The notes under the pieces are model-generated. The model was given only the letters and a program-made list of their open reading frames with translations, had not been told where the DNA came from and ran no database searches. The position numbers and the translations under genes were made by a program. From assembly GCA_002633005.1 (NCBI GenBank), contig NMRA01000905.1, positions 38,822-102,821 on the forward strand: a stretch of 64,000 nt of DNA, given 5' to 3'. Shown in pieces: positions 27,501 through 40,442 of the stretch. Positions within the stretch are counted from its first letter, which is position 1. Each line of letters starts with the position of its first letter. Origin of the DNA: Phoronis australis. Taxonomy: Eukaryota > Animalia > Phoronida.

Positions 27501-27832
27501 GCGTTGTTGACCCTCTGTTAGAGTGATTTAACAAGAGGTAACTCTTGTAACACTAGGTGACACTGTTGGCAAGTCTCAGTGGAAACCATGGTGCAATCAG
27601 GCAACTATATCCGAGTTGAATAATAAGCAATGATACCAAGGATCAGTGACTAAAACCACAAACTAAGGTTTCATCCACAGTTCTATCTGTCAGTGTGAAT
27701 GGTAATGATTATATAACAGTTAAAACTATAGAGTTGCAAGTCTCCATTTAGTCTGAACACAGCTTTAGCAGGACACTTTTATAGTTTTTTGATACGTCTG
27801 TGGAAATGGTACATATACATTGCATGATCATT

Positions 27833-27962
27833 GATTGTATAAGACACAGTCTAGTGCATGCCATGTACTATTCATTCATTGTATAAGACACAGTCTAGTG
27901 CATGCCATGTACTATTCATTCATTGTACAAGACACAGTCTAGTGCATGCCATGTACTATTCA
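27833..27962. repeat. Tandem repeat, 3 x 44 bp
   Basis: tgta(t/c)aagacacagtctagtgcatgccatgtactattca unit. Confidence 0.9.
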
Positions 27963-29542
27963 ATTTTCAGTGGATGTATCAAGATCACTCAAATAAGTGA
28001 AGTCAAGGAGTCCGGTTATGTTGCTTTAGCAGGTTACATAGTAGAGATTAGGGCTAATTATCAACACATAGGAACAGCAGATGCACTGTGTGTTATTTCT
28101 TTGTCCTTCTGTTGTAATTTAACGGTTTTTGCTGTTCAAACAATTACAAAATTCAATTTTCAATGACTGAGTTAGTTTTTATTGCATGGTGTTATCTTAA
28201 ATGGATGGGGAAAGAACGTCAACACCAGAAATAGGTAGCCGTTATCACTGACACATGTCAGTGTTCCCCAATCCCTGAACAAAAGAAGCCATGCAGTCAT
28301 AGAAGTCCACATGCTGTGCAATTGGCTAATCCTAACCAGTACCAACCAGTAAGAAGCATTTCTAGTAAATCGTAGGGCTGTGGCAAATACCACTGATTGG
28401 GCAATGACAGATAGTGTTTAGATCTATTGGTACTTCATCTAGAGGGCTATATGTTGCACCAAACTTGCATGGATCTAAGAGGTCTGGGAAATTGCAAAAA
28501 TGTTGACGAACTATTTATAACTAATACTTCTTGAAGTATTTGCCAATGCATCCCTGAAAACACTACCTGTGTTCTCAAATCCAACTTGATCATGGAACAT
28601 CAATAGAGTAAAATCCAATTCTGTTGTCCCACAGTGGCTAAAATTTGTGCCAGAGTAGTGTCATTGAAATGGTAAAAAAATGTGTCATACATGTAGTAAC
28701 AAGGCAACCAGTCCTGATGGCATTAATACCCTGAGAGAGCTTACTGGCGTAAAGTGTCTGTTTAGCCACAAAGATCACTGGACTGGCGAAGGATTTTGCT
28801 ACAGTACTAGACAATGCATGGCCAATGTGTCTGTCCCCACATTTAAAAAGTGTAACTCATTGATGCTGAGTTACTGTAGATCAATTGCACAGTTACCGTT
28901 AGAAACTCAGACCATTTCACAGCACTTTTCACTTCGTCTAATGTTTAATTCCTGCTGTTGTCAAGCGGCCTGTTATATTCTATCAGGAAATCAAATCTAA
29001 GGTCCTATGTGTGGAGTTGGACAATTACCATATTAGCTTAATGGTTCATGACAATAAAGCATTGTCTAAAATAAATTGATATATTGTGAACTGTAACTGT
29101 TAATTGGCTTGAGAAATTGAATTCCTCATAAAAAGTTGATTAAGGATAATTTTTTACTCAAAGAAATATCATATGACAAAAGTTAGCCAAAGTAGGTGCT
29201 TTTAGGTTTGGTTTCATGAATGGTTAATTGGTAACTTTTCGAACCATGGTAGATAATTGACCAGTGCGAGGAGGGCACGGGAACTATTAACAATGGAGTA
29301 GATTGACATCTGGAACTAGCCTTGATTTAGAAATTACTGCTGTCATCTAGAGATAAAACCAAACTTTTAAAAATGTTAACAGATATTTTGTTAAGCCAAA
29401 ATACGGTTAGGTAATAACACCTGGGAAGTGCATTAACCATGGAATTCAGTCAGAGCTTGATGAAGAATGTTTGTTAGGTGATTGAGTCATAATGCCATGT
29501 CAACCACTTTTTCGTTCTAATTCAAGTGTGTAAGTGTCCAAG

Positions 29543-29882
29543 ATGACAAAGGAAGAAGGACGACATTTGACAGATGACCATCTTGTCAACTGTGAAACAA
29601 AGCCTCTGTTGAATGACTGTGCAGAGTTGTCCAAAAGTCACTCGGATGTCTCAGCGTCATCCTTTTCCAGTCAGCTGTACACTCGCAGATGGTATCTTCA
29701 GTTTCTTGTCGCAGCTGTTGGATTTCTGCAAGGACTCGGCTACAATATATGGGGCCCCATCACTAGGTCGGCATTACAAGCATTTCACTGGTCTAATGCC
29801 GATATTGCTATGATGCCGAACTGGGCAAATATTGCGTATGTGATATCACAGATACCAGCATCATGGCTTCTGGATAAAAAAG
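29543..29882 (+). CDS. SLC49A4: SLC49A4/DIRC2-like MFS transporter, first coding exon
   Basis: MTKEE...ETKPLL (acidic dileucine)...YTRRWYLQFL...FLQGLGYNIWGPI...WSNADIAMMPNW...SWLLDKK G|gtactg; matches DIRC2 YxRRW, QGxxWNxWGPI and WLLDKxG. Confidence 0.9.
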
Positions 29883-31365
29883 GTACTGACATTTATTATT
29901 TCAGATGTTATTTATGATTTAATAAAGGTGAACATTTGATTTGTACTTTAAAGTAATTTAGTTGTGACCAATTTGAGTGCTAAAAACCTCTCAAATTTGT
30001 CACAACTACATCTTGATTAAATGTATAAAATATAAGGAGATGGAAGTCGATATAGAACTGTACTAAAAATACACAATTCAGGTCATGTTATTTCTCAAAG
30101 GGTGTTGGCAGATTGCAGAACAAGGTGGCTAACTGTTAGACCATAAATTTGAGTTTGATAGGCTCACCACATCTAGAAACAATGTGACTACTCAAATTAC
30201 ATGTTTTAAACCAATATCAGTTCTCCTCTAAATGGTTCATAAAGCTTACTGGTTGCTCTTGGAACAATCTTGACTCGCGGCCATTTTTGTTTTTACCTGA
30301 CAGTGTCCTCATTGACTTGCGAAGAACTGTTAGTTGTGTTATTAAGTCCAACCTTTCATACTGTTGCTGTCAGTTGAGTACTAAATGTTTCATTTTACTC
30401 GTGGTGTGCATCATTTTGAAAATTCTGGTGTCAGGGAGTGAATTTTAATATAAATCAGTTTTTGTGATAGTTTAATGGACTATCAAAGTTTCTCGAAAAT
30501 GAGTCAAAATCTCATGGGACCCACCCACCTCTTTGTCTGCATGTTATTGCTAAGAATTCTTCAAAATCTCATCGGACCCACCCATCTCTTTGTCTGCATG
30601 TTATTGCTAAGAATTTTTCAAAAAGTTGTATGAATGATGCTATTCCCCTCTGTCTCAAACAAATCTTCATTTGATAGCGTAGTGCGGCATTATCCAGTGG
30701 CAAGCACAGCATCTGGGTTTTGATCTAGTCTCAATTTCTTACTAAAGATTGTCATCTGATCAATCTTCTGTCGTACCTGCCTGTCATACCTTGCTAGTGC
30801 TCAGATTCCGAATCAAGTCTCAAATGGGAAAGACTGACTGAGACAATTTCCAGTTCCTATTACTAGTAAGAAATGGTGAACTATACAGCAATTCTTTAAT
30901 ATTTATCACACTGGCGGACATTAGTAAAGTTCATCTCATGAAATTTCTTCTAATTACAAAATATATCAAGAAAATATCAATATAATAATTAAGTAGTTTG
31001 GTTCATACTGTGCGGCTGTCATAAAACTACATTTGATCAACGTATAATTTGCAGCAATTTTGTCAACTATTGAAAAATAGAAAAATGATGATTTCTGGTG
31101 GTAATTAAATTTGTGTGAAATAAACAGTGTTGCTGTAATATTGTTTTTGTGCTTAGGGTAAGTGAGTTTGTTAAGGAATCTTTTGACAACTCTGTGACAA
31201 AATTCCTGTTGTAAAATGTACGCACAGTTAGATTGTTTCAGGTCTCTGATGAACATTATGTAATCGCTTCTGGACTAGTAGTATTGGATTATATTGTTTC
31301 ATTTCTGCGATGGTCACTTGTAACCATGTATGGACTACAACTTCGCACTAAACAGGTGAATTTAA

Positions 31366-31700
31366 GAGCGGAGCGTCGACGTTGGGGTGCAGTATGAACG
31401 GTCAACTTCGATCCGATCGAAGTTGCCAAGTGCCACTGTTATCATCAACAATTACAGGGTAGTGCAGTAGCTAATAGTTGTTTATATTTTGCTCTAATAT
31501 TCACCAATGGATTCAAAAATAAGTCAATTAGCACATGTAAATGTTCCCAAATTGTCACAATGAAAGAAATCTTAGAGTGCAGCGCTACCTTGCGATAACT
31601 TCGATGACTCCAGCGTCACCGTTTACTTCGACGTTCATTAACTACCGAAGCCAGTATGAAAGGTCCAGTTAACTTCCCTGTTTACGTCGACGCTCCGCTC
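31366..31700. mobile_element. 335-bp MITE
   Basis: Perfect 17-bp inverted repeat GAGCGGAGCGTCGACGT...ACGTCGACGCTCCGCTC; TTAA adjacent on the left and 9 bp outside on the right. Confidence 0.75.
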
Positions 31701-31792
31701 AGACCAGAGTTAAGTCAATATAAAAGGGCCTTAAATGTTTGTAATCGCATCAGGAGTACTGGCTTTATCATATCTGGATTGTATTGTTTTAG

Positions 31793-31889
31793 GTCTCCGA
31801 TGGACATTTGTAATCGCATCTGGAATACTAGTATTATCATCTGGATTACGTTGCCTTCCCTTTCATCCTCTGTCACAACTTCATAAATG
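31793..31889 (+). CDS. SLC49A4: SLC49A4-like coding exon 2
   Basis: ttttag|GLRWTFVIASGILVLSSGLRCLPFHPLSQLHK(W)|gtaag; DIRC2 GLR...GLRCIP. Confidence 0.88.
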
Positions 31890-32751
31890 GTAAGAGCTTT
31901 CTAATATTTCTGATGGAATATCATGCTTGTTTTACCAACAGTTTGTGACAATTTTACATTCTGCATTTCTGTGGTTAGCTGTCTAAAAACTAAAAACAAA
32001 TGGGCCATTTATAGTCTGAGGCTTAGTAGAATTTGTACTGCCCCTAATGTCCAGAGCGCATGCAAGTTGTTAAATGTTTCAGGTAGGGCTGTCCAGCCCT
32101 CCCAAAATTTGACCGCTTCCATTCAGTCACAGCTGTCTCAATTTCAGCATGTTTACAGGCTTAGCTAGCATATTTTTGTACTTCACATTTGAACAGTAAA
32201 TGAAATGGAAGGGCACCTTAATGAAACGTGCATTATTACAAATGATATTTGCATGTTTTAATGAGCAGAATAATGTATATAGCAGTTTGCTTTTGTTGTG
32301 GACAGGTTGGATTTTGTTTGTGTCTTTGTTCAACACCTGAGGATAGACCCTCGCTGCACAGTCGTTGAAAACTATTGCTTTGGTTTAACTGTTGCTTTGG
32401 TTCATGTTTTGGGGTGGAACCCCTTGTTTTGGTTCTTTGATACAGGGAGTTTTTCATCTCCAATTACGCAATGGACCAAGTAGAGTTTGTTGTTTGCTTC
32501 AACAAGAAGTCCGGCACAAATAGATTCATTCCAGTATTGAGGTTTGAGATTTCACCTTAACTTAAGTAGCGCTGTTTGGAAGTTCAGGATTTAACCAAAG
32601 GTCATCAGACTATTTATGTATAATATGTATAGACTTCAATGGGCTTGAATTTGGCAGTAATTGTTCTCATTATTCTGTTACAGTTATAGTTATGGCCACC
32701 AATGTGTTTTATCTCCCTTCATGTAACAGATGTGTGTGGATACTCTTACAG

Positions 32752-32915
32752 GTCTGTCTTCTTTGGTCAGATATGCTGTGGTGTAGCCTATATCTTCCAC
32801 GGTGGTGCAACAGCCTTATTTTCTTCTACCTGGTTCCCCCCAAATCAGCGTGCATTGTCAACTGCTGTCACCTCAACTGCTGGGGTCTTAGGTGGTGCGT
32901 TCGCATTCATCATAG
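32752..32915 (+). CDS. SLC49A4: SLC49A4-like coding exon 3
   Basis: ttacag|SVFFGQICCGVA...LFSSTWFPPNQRALSTAV...LGGAFAFII G|gtgag; SLC49 WFxxxxRxxxTA motif. Confidence 0.9.
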
Positions 32916-33599
32916 GTGAGGTTTGCGTGCTCTTGGTTACTGTATGAGACTCAGTGCATTATTTAGTCCCATGGGTCTATATGTGAAGCTGTACCAACTA
33001 GTAAACCAAGAAATACGTTTATAACATAATACTTAGTTTAATATCTGTTTCAGTCGTTGTCCGCATGATTTCAATTGAAAACTGCTGAAGGTGGAGGAAA
33101 CGGACACAAAAATTCTCCAATTAGAGACCTGTATGAGCCTTTGTGGTGCAACTACGGTACCAATGTGCAAAATGGTTAGGCAAAAATAGTCTTTTTGAAT
33201 AAGCATAACATTTAATTATCACTTGAGGCATGGGACTAGATACGGCGTGTACAGCATCTTAAAATGTCAAGTCAGATAGGATTGCTATTAATACATCACG
33301 AAGGTGGTCTGCATGCTGAGAGAGAAACCATTTGGCTGTGCAAGAAAATGCCCTGGTATATTGAGATCATTATAATTGTTCTTGAATGTACACAGTACAA
33401 CAAGTGTTCTTACTCTTTGCATCAAATATGTCGAGTGAGCTCCATTTTGATTAACCATCCAGGTGAAAATAGCTTGTGTGTCTTCCATTGCTTTTAAAGG
33501 GCTAGCAATTACAATTTTTGATGTTGCAAACATTTTGAGTCTGGTAAGCATGCCATCTGTTGGCCATTTCACGTGGCCTTATGAATACAACTCTGTAAA

Positions 33600-33676
33600 G
33601 ATTTCTGCCCCGACTCAAACCCTGGACTTTCTGCTAACCGTTCAGACTGATCTCTAATCCAATGAGCCATCAGGAC
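33600..33676 (-). mobile_element. tRNA-derived (SINE-like) head
   Basis: Reverse complement GTCCTGATGGCTCATTGGATTAGAG...CCAGGGTTTGAGTC: A-box-like TGGCTCATTGG and B-box-like GGTTTGAGTC at tRNA-like spacing. Confidence 0.5.
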
Positions 33677-35424
33677 AAACATAGAAATCCAATCAGTCTT
33701 AGTAGTGGCCATCTTTCCCTTGATCTCCTCAGTGTATATGAATATATCAGTCTCAATGTGGCGTGGAAAATATGTCATGGGCAGACGTCTGTATTGAGAC
33801 TGACATATACGTATACATTCTGCTTACCACGAGCTGTGATTTAATAGAGCTGTCCCGGATTACACCGGCTGTAGAACTCTCCTTTGTCCCAGAGATAAGA
33901 AAGCGTGGGACTTCATTTTAGAAATCAGGCACATTTTCTTGTCTCTTATTGATGTCGGGAAGGCGAAAAATTTCAGAACACGCATCTATGGGTATTGTCC
34001 AGTTTATCAAACTTTCTCTCATGGGAGTTGCAGCCCACAGCACACCAGTAATTCTCTGTTGGCATCAGAAGGATGAATAGGGTAATGCAACCGAGAAAAA
34101 TTGTGAAGAATCAGACAACAACAAATAACTATCATTTGGGGTTTTGTTACACCAACGCATTAGCCAAACTGACTAACCCATTGTAATTGATTCACAAAGT
34201 TATAATGTGTGGCTTAGCCACGCTGCTGAAGAAATGTTTTCGCTAATTTCTCCTGTAATGCATCAATTTTAAAAATTTGAAGATGGCTAATATTCACTTT
34301 TCAATTCGAAAATCATGTTGGTCATTTGTCTTACTTATTGTTAGTTTTTTGACTTTGAAACTAGTATGCTAAACATGCACGTTGTTTACGACTGCAATTA
34401 TCTAAATCAATACACATTCGACCAAGACCATGAATGGTGACTAGCTCACTTCAATCTTTGACGGCGCCATCAAGCCTTTGATATGCCGAGGAATTAGCTG
34501 GATACTCTGGGTTGAATGGTGCATGCTTTCTCGTCCACTTGCTTGCAAATACTGGTAGCGTAAGATATGTATAATGGGTTGTGCATTCACTTTTATTGAG
34601 CAAACACAAATGACCGACAAAGTCCAAGTTCAATAACAAGTATGACAATTGTGTTTACTCAAAGGAAGTGAATGCAGAATCAAGATGATGGTATTTTGGT
34701 GTGTCACTTCCTAGTGTTCCATGGACAGTACAGTTAATAATCACCAGGAGAACAGTTAAAATGGTGAATGATAGCCAGCAATATGATGTTTGTTTGCAAA
34801 CCTGCCCTCCATCACAAAAAAAAATTAACTTAGACCACTAGCCATTTTTAAATTGGTCACTATTAATTTTGTTCCTTAGCAAATTGAAGATGATATGAGG
34901 ACTTCAAAAGAGCTGATAGTTCATTATTGCTTGGGATTGGGCTCTACAAGTTGGCATGTCATGGTGTGCCATTTTATGTGCTGGGAAAGGCTCAATGAAC
35001 AACAAACTGTCAGTTCTTTATACAGAAATCACTTATCATCTGAGAAAGGAACAAGTTGAGACAAATTTTATTGTAGTCAAAAATTGGCTCCTTGGACAGA
35101 ATGTGAGTTTATAGTCACTCTGAATAGAACACCATTGAGTACGGGTGTGGTAACATCGAAAAAAGTCTGAATCCTCTCAGCCGCTCATTGCATTGGACAA
35201 TGTATGACATTAGTGTGTTCAGTCAGAGTGATGCTCTAAACATTTTGTTATATTTTCTTGCTAGATCTCTGATGAGATTTCCAAAAGATCTCCATGATAG
35301 CATGTAGCAGCATATATTAAAGAAAACAACAACGGTTTTAAGTCGACTTTACGTGTTTCGGTGTCTTTAATATTGTTATATGTATTATTGTTCAAAGTTG
35401 ATAATATCCATTCTTCCTATACAG

Positions 35425-35470
35425 GACCTCTCATGGTATCTGAGAACAACAGCACTTCATCAAACAACAC
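35425..35470 (+). CDS. SLC49A4: SLC49A4-like coding exon 4 (short)
   Basis: atacag|GPLMVSENNSTSSNN(T)|gtaagt; continues the IIGPLxV motif; phase-compatible. Confidence 0.75.
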
Positions 35471-36109
35471 GTAAGTGACAACATTTTTTATTCTTATTTT
35501 AATTGCCTCTTTACCTTATTGTAAAAAATGCCGTTGGTGTATTTCTCAATTGATTGAATTTTTAATTTAAAACCTTTCCATGTTCTTCCATTCATTAAAA
35601 ACTCAGCCCTCTTTCACGTCACCTTGTATTTCATCAAGAAGTTTGATAATTAGGAATGATGATCTAAGGTCCATTTTGGACCAGAGCAATTAACGGGAGG
35701 TTTCTGTAATGGCTCAATCATTTTTTTGCAGTTCAATATATCTTGTACCTTTTATGCTGATATATACCATAGTAGAAACTGGGTACTCAAAAGCTATTTT
35801 TAGCATACCTGAGTCTTCAACTTCACCCTACATAATGTGCAAATTAATGTGGAAAATTTTGCAAACAGATTAGATTAGTTGTGGTGACTATAGCTCACAG
35901 GAGTGTGACACACCATTTACTGTATTCTCCAACACTCTGGATAGTTTTGATGCAAAATGTTTTAAATAGGTAACAACTTACATACCACTTTTCATTCATT
36001 AAATTGACTATGTATTTTTCACTTTTTTCAAGAATTCACACAATTGAAATGTGAGGTTAACTTGATGATTTTGTGAACACTGATTCAGGTGACCCCAACA
36101 TACCCATTA

Positions 36110-37128
36110 CAGTGGCGGATCTAGGATATCACAAGGGGGGGCCCAACTTTTTGTCCGGCTGTAAGCATTTGCGCAAACTGAACCACGATTGTAGATGCGC
36201 ATAGCACTGAAGTGGGGGGAGGTTGGGAGGGGGGTTTGCCCCCCTCCCGCCCAAGAAATTTTTCTGTTTTTATCCCTAAAAATCAAGCATTTTCTTTGAT
36301 TCCTGAAGACAAAAGAGGCAAAAAAGAAAGAAAAAAACGGAGAACGTGTCGAACAGAAAAAACTGCAAGTACCTAAGACTCGAACTCACGACCTGGCGGA
36401 TAGAGCGTGCGTGCGTTACCACTACACCACCACAACTTGACTACTTATCTTTTTCTGAAAGACCTACTTATTTATGGTCCACAGCGTTTGCGCGCGAAAC
36501 CTACTTCTTTTTGTAATGCTTATTACACGTTTTATATTTTGTGCTATCAATTCTTAACAAATTTGTCGTATTTAAAATAGTCTTCAAATGCCCAAAAGAC
36601 CAAATCCGTTTTTCGTGTTGGCAATAATGACGGGATTGCTTTGGAAATCGTATTAAGATAAGGTTTGACAAATAGAGTATTGCGAGTTTCTGAGTGATTC
36701 ACTAAGGCTTCAATTAAAATTCACATCTTACCAGCAGCTTCTGTTTTTTCATCGTCACTCAGGTTCCATTTTCTTTAAAAAATTAAGTAAATTTTCTTCA
36801 TGGCACAGTGGAGCAGACGACGGAAACGGAGTCGTAGTGCGCAGCGCCACTGCCAGTCGCCTGGGATATCGCGGGAGAGCCTATACTTAGCCATAGTTCC
36901 GTTACGAATGCGCCGTGTTCCGAATTTGACACTTTAAATTGGATTTGAGCCCCCCCCCAACACTAAAACTGCACACATTTAAATCTTTTTTCATTCGTAT
37001 AATTTTAATTACTGGGGTTAATTAATAAACTCAACATTTCCCTACGCTCTTACTGTTTTATTTTTTTTTGCGGCAGCCAAGGGGGGAGGGCCCGGGCCCC
37101 CTGGCCCCCCCGCCTAAATCCGCCTATG
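36110..37128. mobile_element. 1019-bp MITE, 5-bp TSD CATTA, containing a tRNA-like Pol III cassette
   Basis: CATTA|CAGTGGCGGATCTAG...CTAAATCCGCCTATG|CATTA; G/C-run subtermini. Confidence 0.85.
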
Positions 37129-37739
37129 CATTACGGCGTTTTCCCGTTGCTCCCAACTTGTTCGATTTTATAGCCCAACAACAAGTTGGGAAGATCACCT
37201 CTGTAGCCAATATCTTACATAACTGATTAACTCCATTCTGACATTTATGGTTGGAGGGCTGGCTCTCTTTTGTTTGATAATTGCTCTAATCTCCGATCAG
37301 ATCATATCTAACCTGACTGGGCTGTGCTGCTAAAAATGAAAGTTAAGTATCTTATCTGAACATAAACCAATAGCATTTCTGAATTCCTTGTCAAATGCTG
37401 ATCATGTTTAGTTTTTGAATCATCAAAATCGCCCAACTACAACAAAAGTTAAGACAATCTATTCCGCCGGGTTTCAGTAACCCTTTGAAGCCTGGGAGAT
37501 AATTGGCCTACTTGTTGTCATACGGTACAAAAGACTGTGCTGGGCACTTAACAAAGGAGGCAGATGTTATCGCACGTTCAGAACCTTTCACGTCTGGAAA
37601 AGCTGCTGAACGACAGAACGCCGTCATGTGTCTTAACTTTAGAACTGAGTAAACACGTGTTTTTAAAACAGTGATGAAAGACGTATGCTTTTGAAAAATG
37701 TACTTGTTGCGGCACAGAGTGAAGTTCGTGGCTGACATG

Positions 37740-39780
37740 TTCCTGGTAAGAGCCATCTGTCTGGGTGTCCAAGCGTCCGTGGCTGTATCTCCTAAGCCCC
37801 TTGCAGTATCTTATTGAAATTTGGCGGGTGTGATCCTATGTGGCTGACGACAAGTGACGACAAGTTTCGGACCAACATGAATACCGCTGTACCCTTAGTG
37901 GCAATTTTACATTGCTTCTGTATCTTCCGAGTTCTTTGACGAATTCTCATGAAATTCACCAAACAAGTTTTTATTTTGGAGGCGATGAGACCACTGCATT
38001 TTTGGACAGATTCGGCGAATTTTATGCCACCTGGTGGCCATTTTTGTTATTTTTGCGTTCGTTTTCCCACGACCGCCTCTCTATCTGCCATATCACTCAA
38101 AGGAGCATTATCAAAATTTACAGAGTGATTTGTTGCTGATGAGAAGGCCACAACTGACATTGACTTTTGGACGGGCCTGACTACTGTGTCGAACCCTAGT
38201 GGTGATTTTGTTTTTTTTTTTGCATCTGCGGCCGAATCTCCTTAACCCTTTGAAGGTGCTTTGTGAAATTTGAACAATGTATTTCTATGGAGCCGTCAAC
38301 AAACAGTAACGAGTGTCGAACAATGCCTTCCCATTTTCAGTCAGATCTGTTTTCTGCGCCACCTGGTGGCCATTTTTGTTATTTTTACCTCCTTTTTCTA
38401 GCATCCACTTCCCTATCTGCCATCACTGCTTTAAGGATCGTTATGAGAATTTACAGATATGTTCCTGATAGGAATGTCACAACTGAAATCGACTTTCGCA
38501 CGGTCCGACTACTGTGTCACCCCCTAGTGACAATTTTGTAGTTTTACGTCTGAGGCCGAATCTACATAACCTTTGAAGCACAGGCGTCCTCAGCTTCTGA
38601 TCGTCCCCAATACACTATATAGAATACTACAAGATACGGTGACTCTGCAACTAGAAATTCCATGGGTGCTTCACTTCAGCTGTTCGTAGCAAACACAAAA
38701 CTCTATAAATTTACACAAAACAGGTTCAACAAACCATGAGGAATTGTTCTTACTGCCAATACCATTTATAGTGTCCTGCTCCACCGAGTTCGCAACAAAT
38801 TCGCGGTCAAATCACAAAATCTTCTCAAGAAGTCGCTGCGTACTAGCAATATGCTTTGCTCGGTCAAGGTCAAGTAGGGAAAGGAATACGATGAGTTACG
38901 AATCGACGGCAATTGCCGGTTCATCACGGAAGGTTACGGAATTGTCTGGCTAAGTGTAGAGTATGGTGGAGCTGTTGATGTCGTGCCCTTCCGTGACAAA
39001 CCGGCAATTTCCGTGTAGCATATTGCTGGTACGCAGCCACTTTTTGGGAAGATTTTTGTGCTTTGACTGCGAATTTGTTGCTAACTCGGTTGAGCTGGAC
39101 ACTGTAAATGGTATTGGGAGAAAGAACAGCTGCTCATGATTTGTTGAACCTCTGTTTTTTGAAAATTTATTGAGTTTTGTGTTTGCTATGTACGGCTGAA
39201 GTGAAGCACCCCTGGAATTTCTAGTCTGTAGTGTCATACCTTGTAGTTTATAGTGTTGGGGACGATGAGAAGCTGAGGATGCCTGTGCTTTGAAGGAGCT
39301 TTGTGACATTTGAAAGATGTGTTACTTTAGAGCCAACGACAAACGGTAACAATTGTCGAACTATTCCAAATACCACTGTGCCCCCTAGTAGCAAAATATT
39401 TTTTACGTTTACCTCTGTATCTTTGGAGGTCATGAATGTATTTTCATGAAATTGGGCAAATAGGTTTCTATTAGAAAGACGACAATACCACCTAATTTGC
39501 AGACAGATTTGATGTTTTCTGTACCACCTGGAGGCTATTTAAAAATTTTTGCATATATTTTTTGCGAAATTTGGCAAATGGGCTTCTATAGAAAAGGAAA
39601 CAGATGAGTTTCAGACAATCAGACTGTAGCTGTTTGCCTCTATATCTTATGAGTTCCGTGGCTTATTTTCATGAAATTTGGCTCATAGTTGAGTTTTACA
39701 GAGATGACACCACCTCAATTCGGATGTGTTTGACACATTCTGCGCCATCTAATGGCCATTTTTATGATACTAAAAACACC
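37740..39780 (-). repeat. Inverted array of the CCACTAGGGGGC-core repeat family, interrupted by 38579-39287
   Basis: Cores tgccacctggtggcc (38026), tgcgccacctggtggcc (38356), caccccctagtgac (38518), gtgccccctagtagc (39378), tgcgccatctaatggcc (39741). Confidence 0.75.
38579..39287. mobile_element. 709-bp foldback element, CA..TG termini, 8-bp TSD (P/hAT-type)
   Basis: CTTTGAAG|CACAGGCGTCCTCAGCTTCT...AGAAGCTGAGGATGCCTGTG|CTTTGAAG; arms stay complementary for roughly 300 bp; empty-site-like host unit at ~38245. Confidence 0.88.
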
Positions 39781-40407
39781 CACAGAAGCACACCATTTGT
39801 GTTGCTATCACAGGCACATTTCAATGCTCCGCGTTGCTCTTCTCAACAATGTGATTGTGCTGAGAAACATCTTACTAGGATGTAAAGTCACCAATTCAGA
39901 CACTACAGCAATTGCGACTCAAACTTTAGTTTCTACACCTATACCGTTTTAGAAATAACTGAAACTAAATTATGTCTATTGATGCTTCAGAAATAGGCGT
40001 TAAAGACTAAGGTATATTCCTGAAGCACCCACCCCAAATTTATTGAAATTGTCATGAGAAATGTGCACCCCCAAATTTAAATGCCCGGGGTGTTAACCTA
40101 TTAAGTGTTTACAGAATAACCTGTGTGGTACACGCACATGCGCACACACACAACAAACACGCACGCACGCACACACACACACACACACGGACACACACAT
40201 ATTCAGGACCCTCGCTTCAATTTTGGGGCACAATATATTAAAAAATCACAGGAAATTCTCTTCATCTGGCCCAGAAATTCCCTCCAGTTAATGAAAGTTT
40301 CTTCTCAAGGTTAGAAAGCACAGGAACCTTTCCCCTATAAGTGAGAGCCCTGACACTGCATATTTAATGTTTATAGTCAACAATGAGTGTGTTTTCATCT
40401 TTTTCAG

Positions 40408-40442
40408 ATTCTTTAATCTGTATGAAGATGGCAACTCATCAG
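40408..40442 (+). CDS. Candidate 35-nt microexon of the SLC49A4-like luminal loop
   Basis: ctttttcag|(T)FFNLYEDGNSS G|gtaaaa; open and phase-compatible with exon 4. Confidence 0.4.

Noticed and set aside
33600-36437. Two possible tRNA genes (33600-33676 and 36367-36437)
   Set aside because: A/B boxes are present but no consistent cloverleaf or acceptor stem; treated as tRNA-derived repeats
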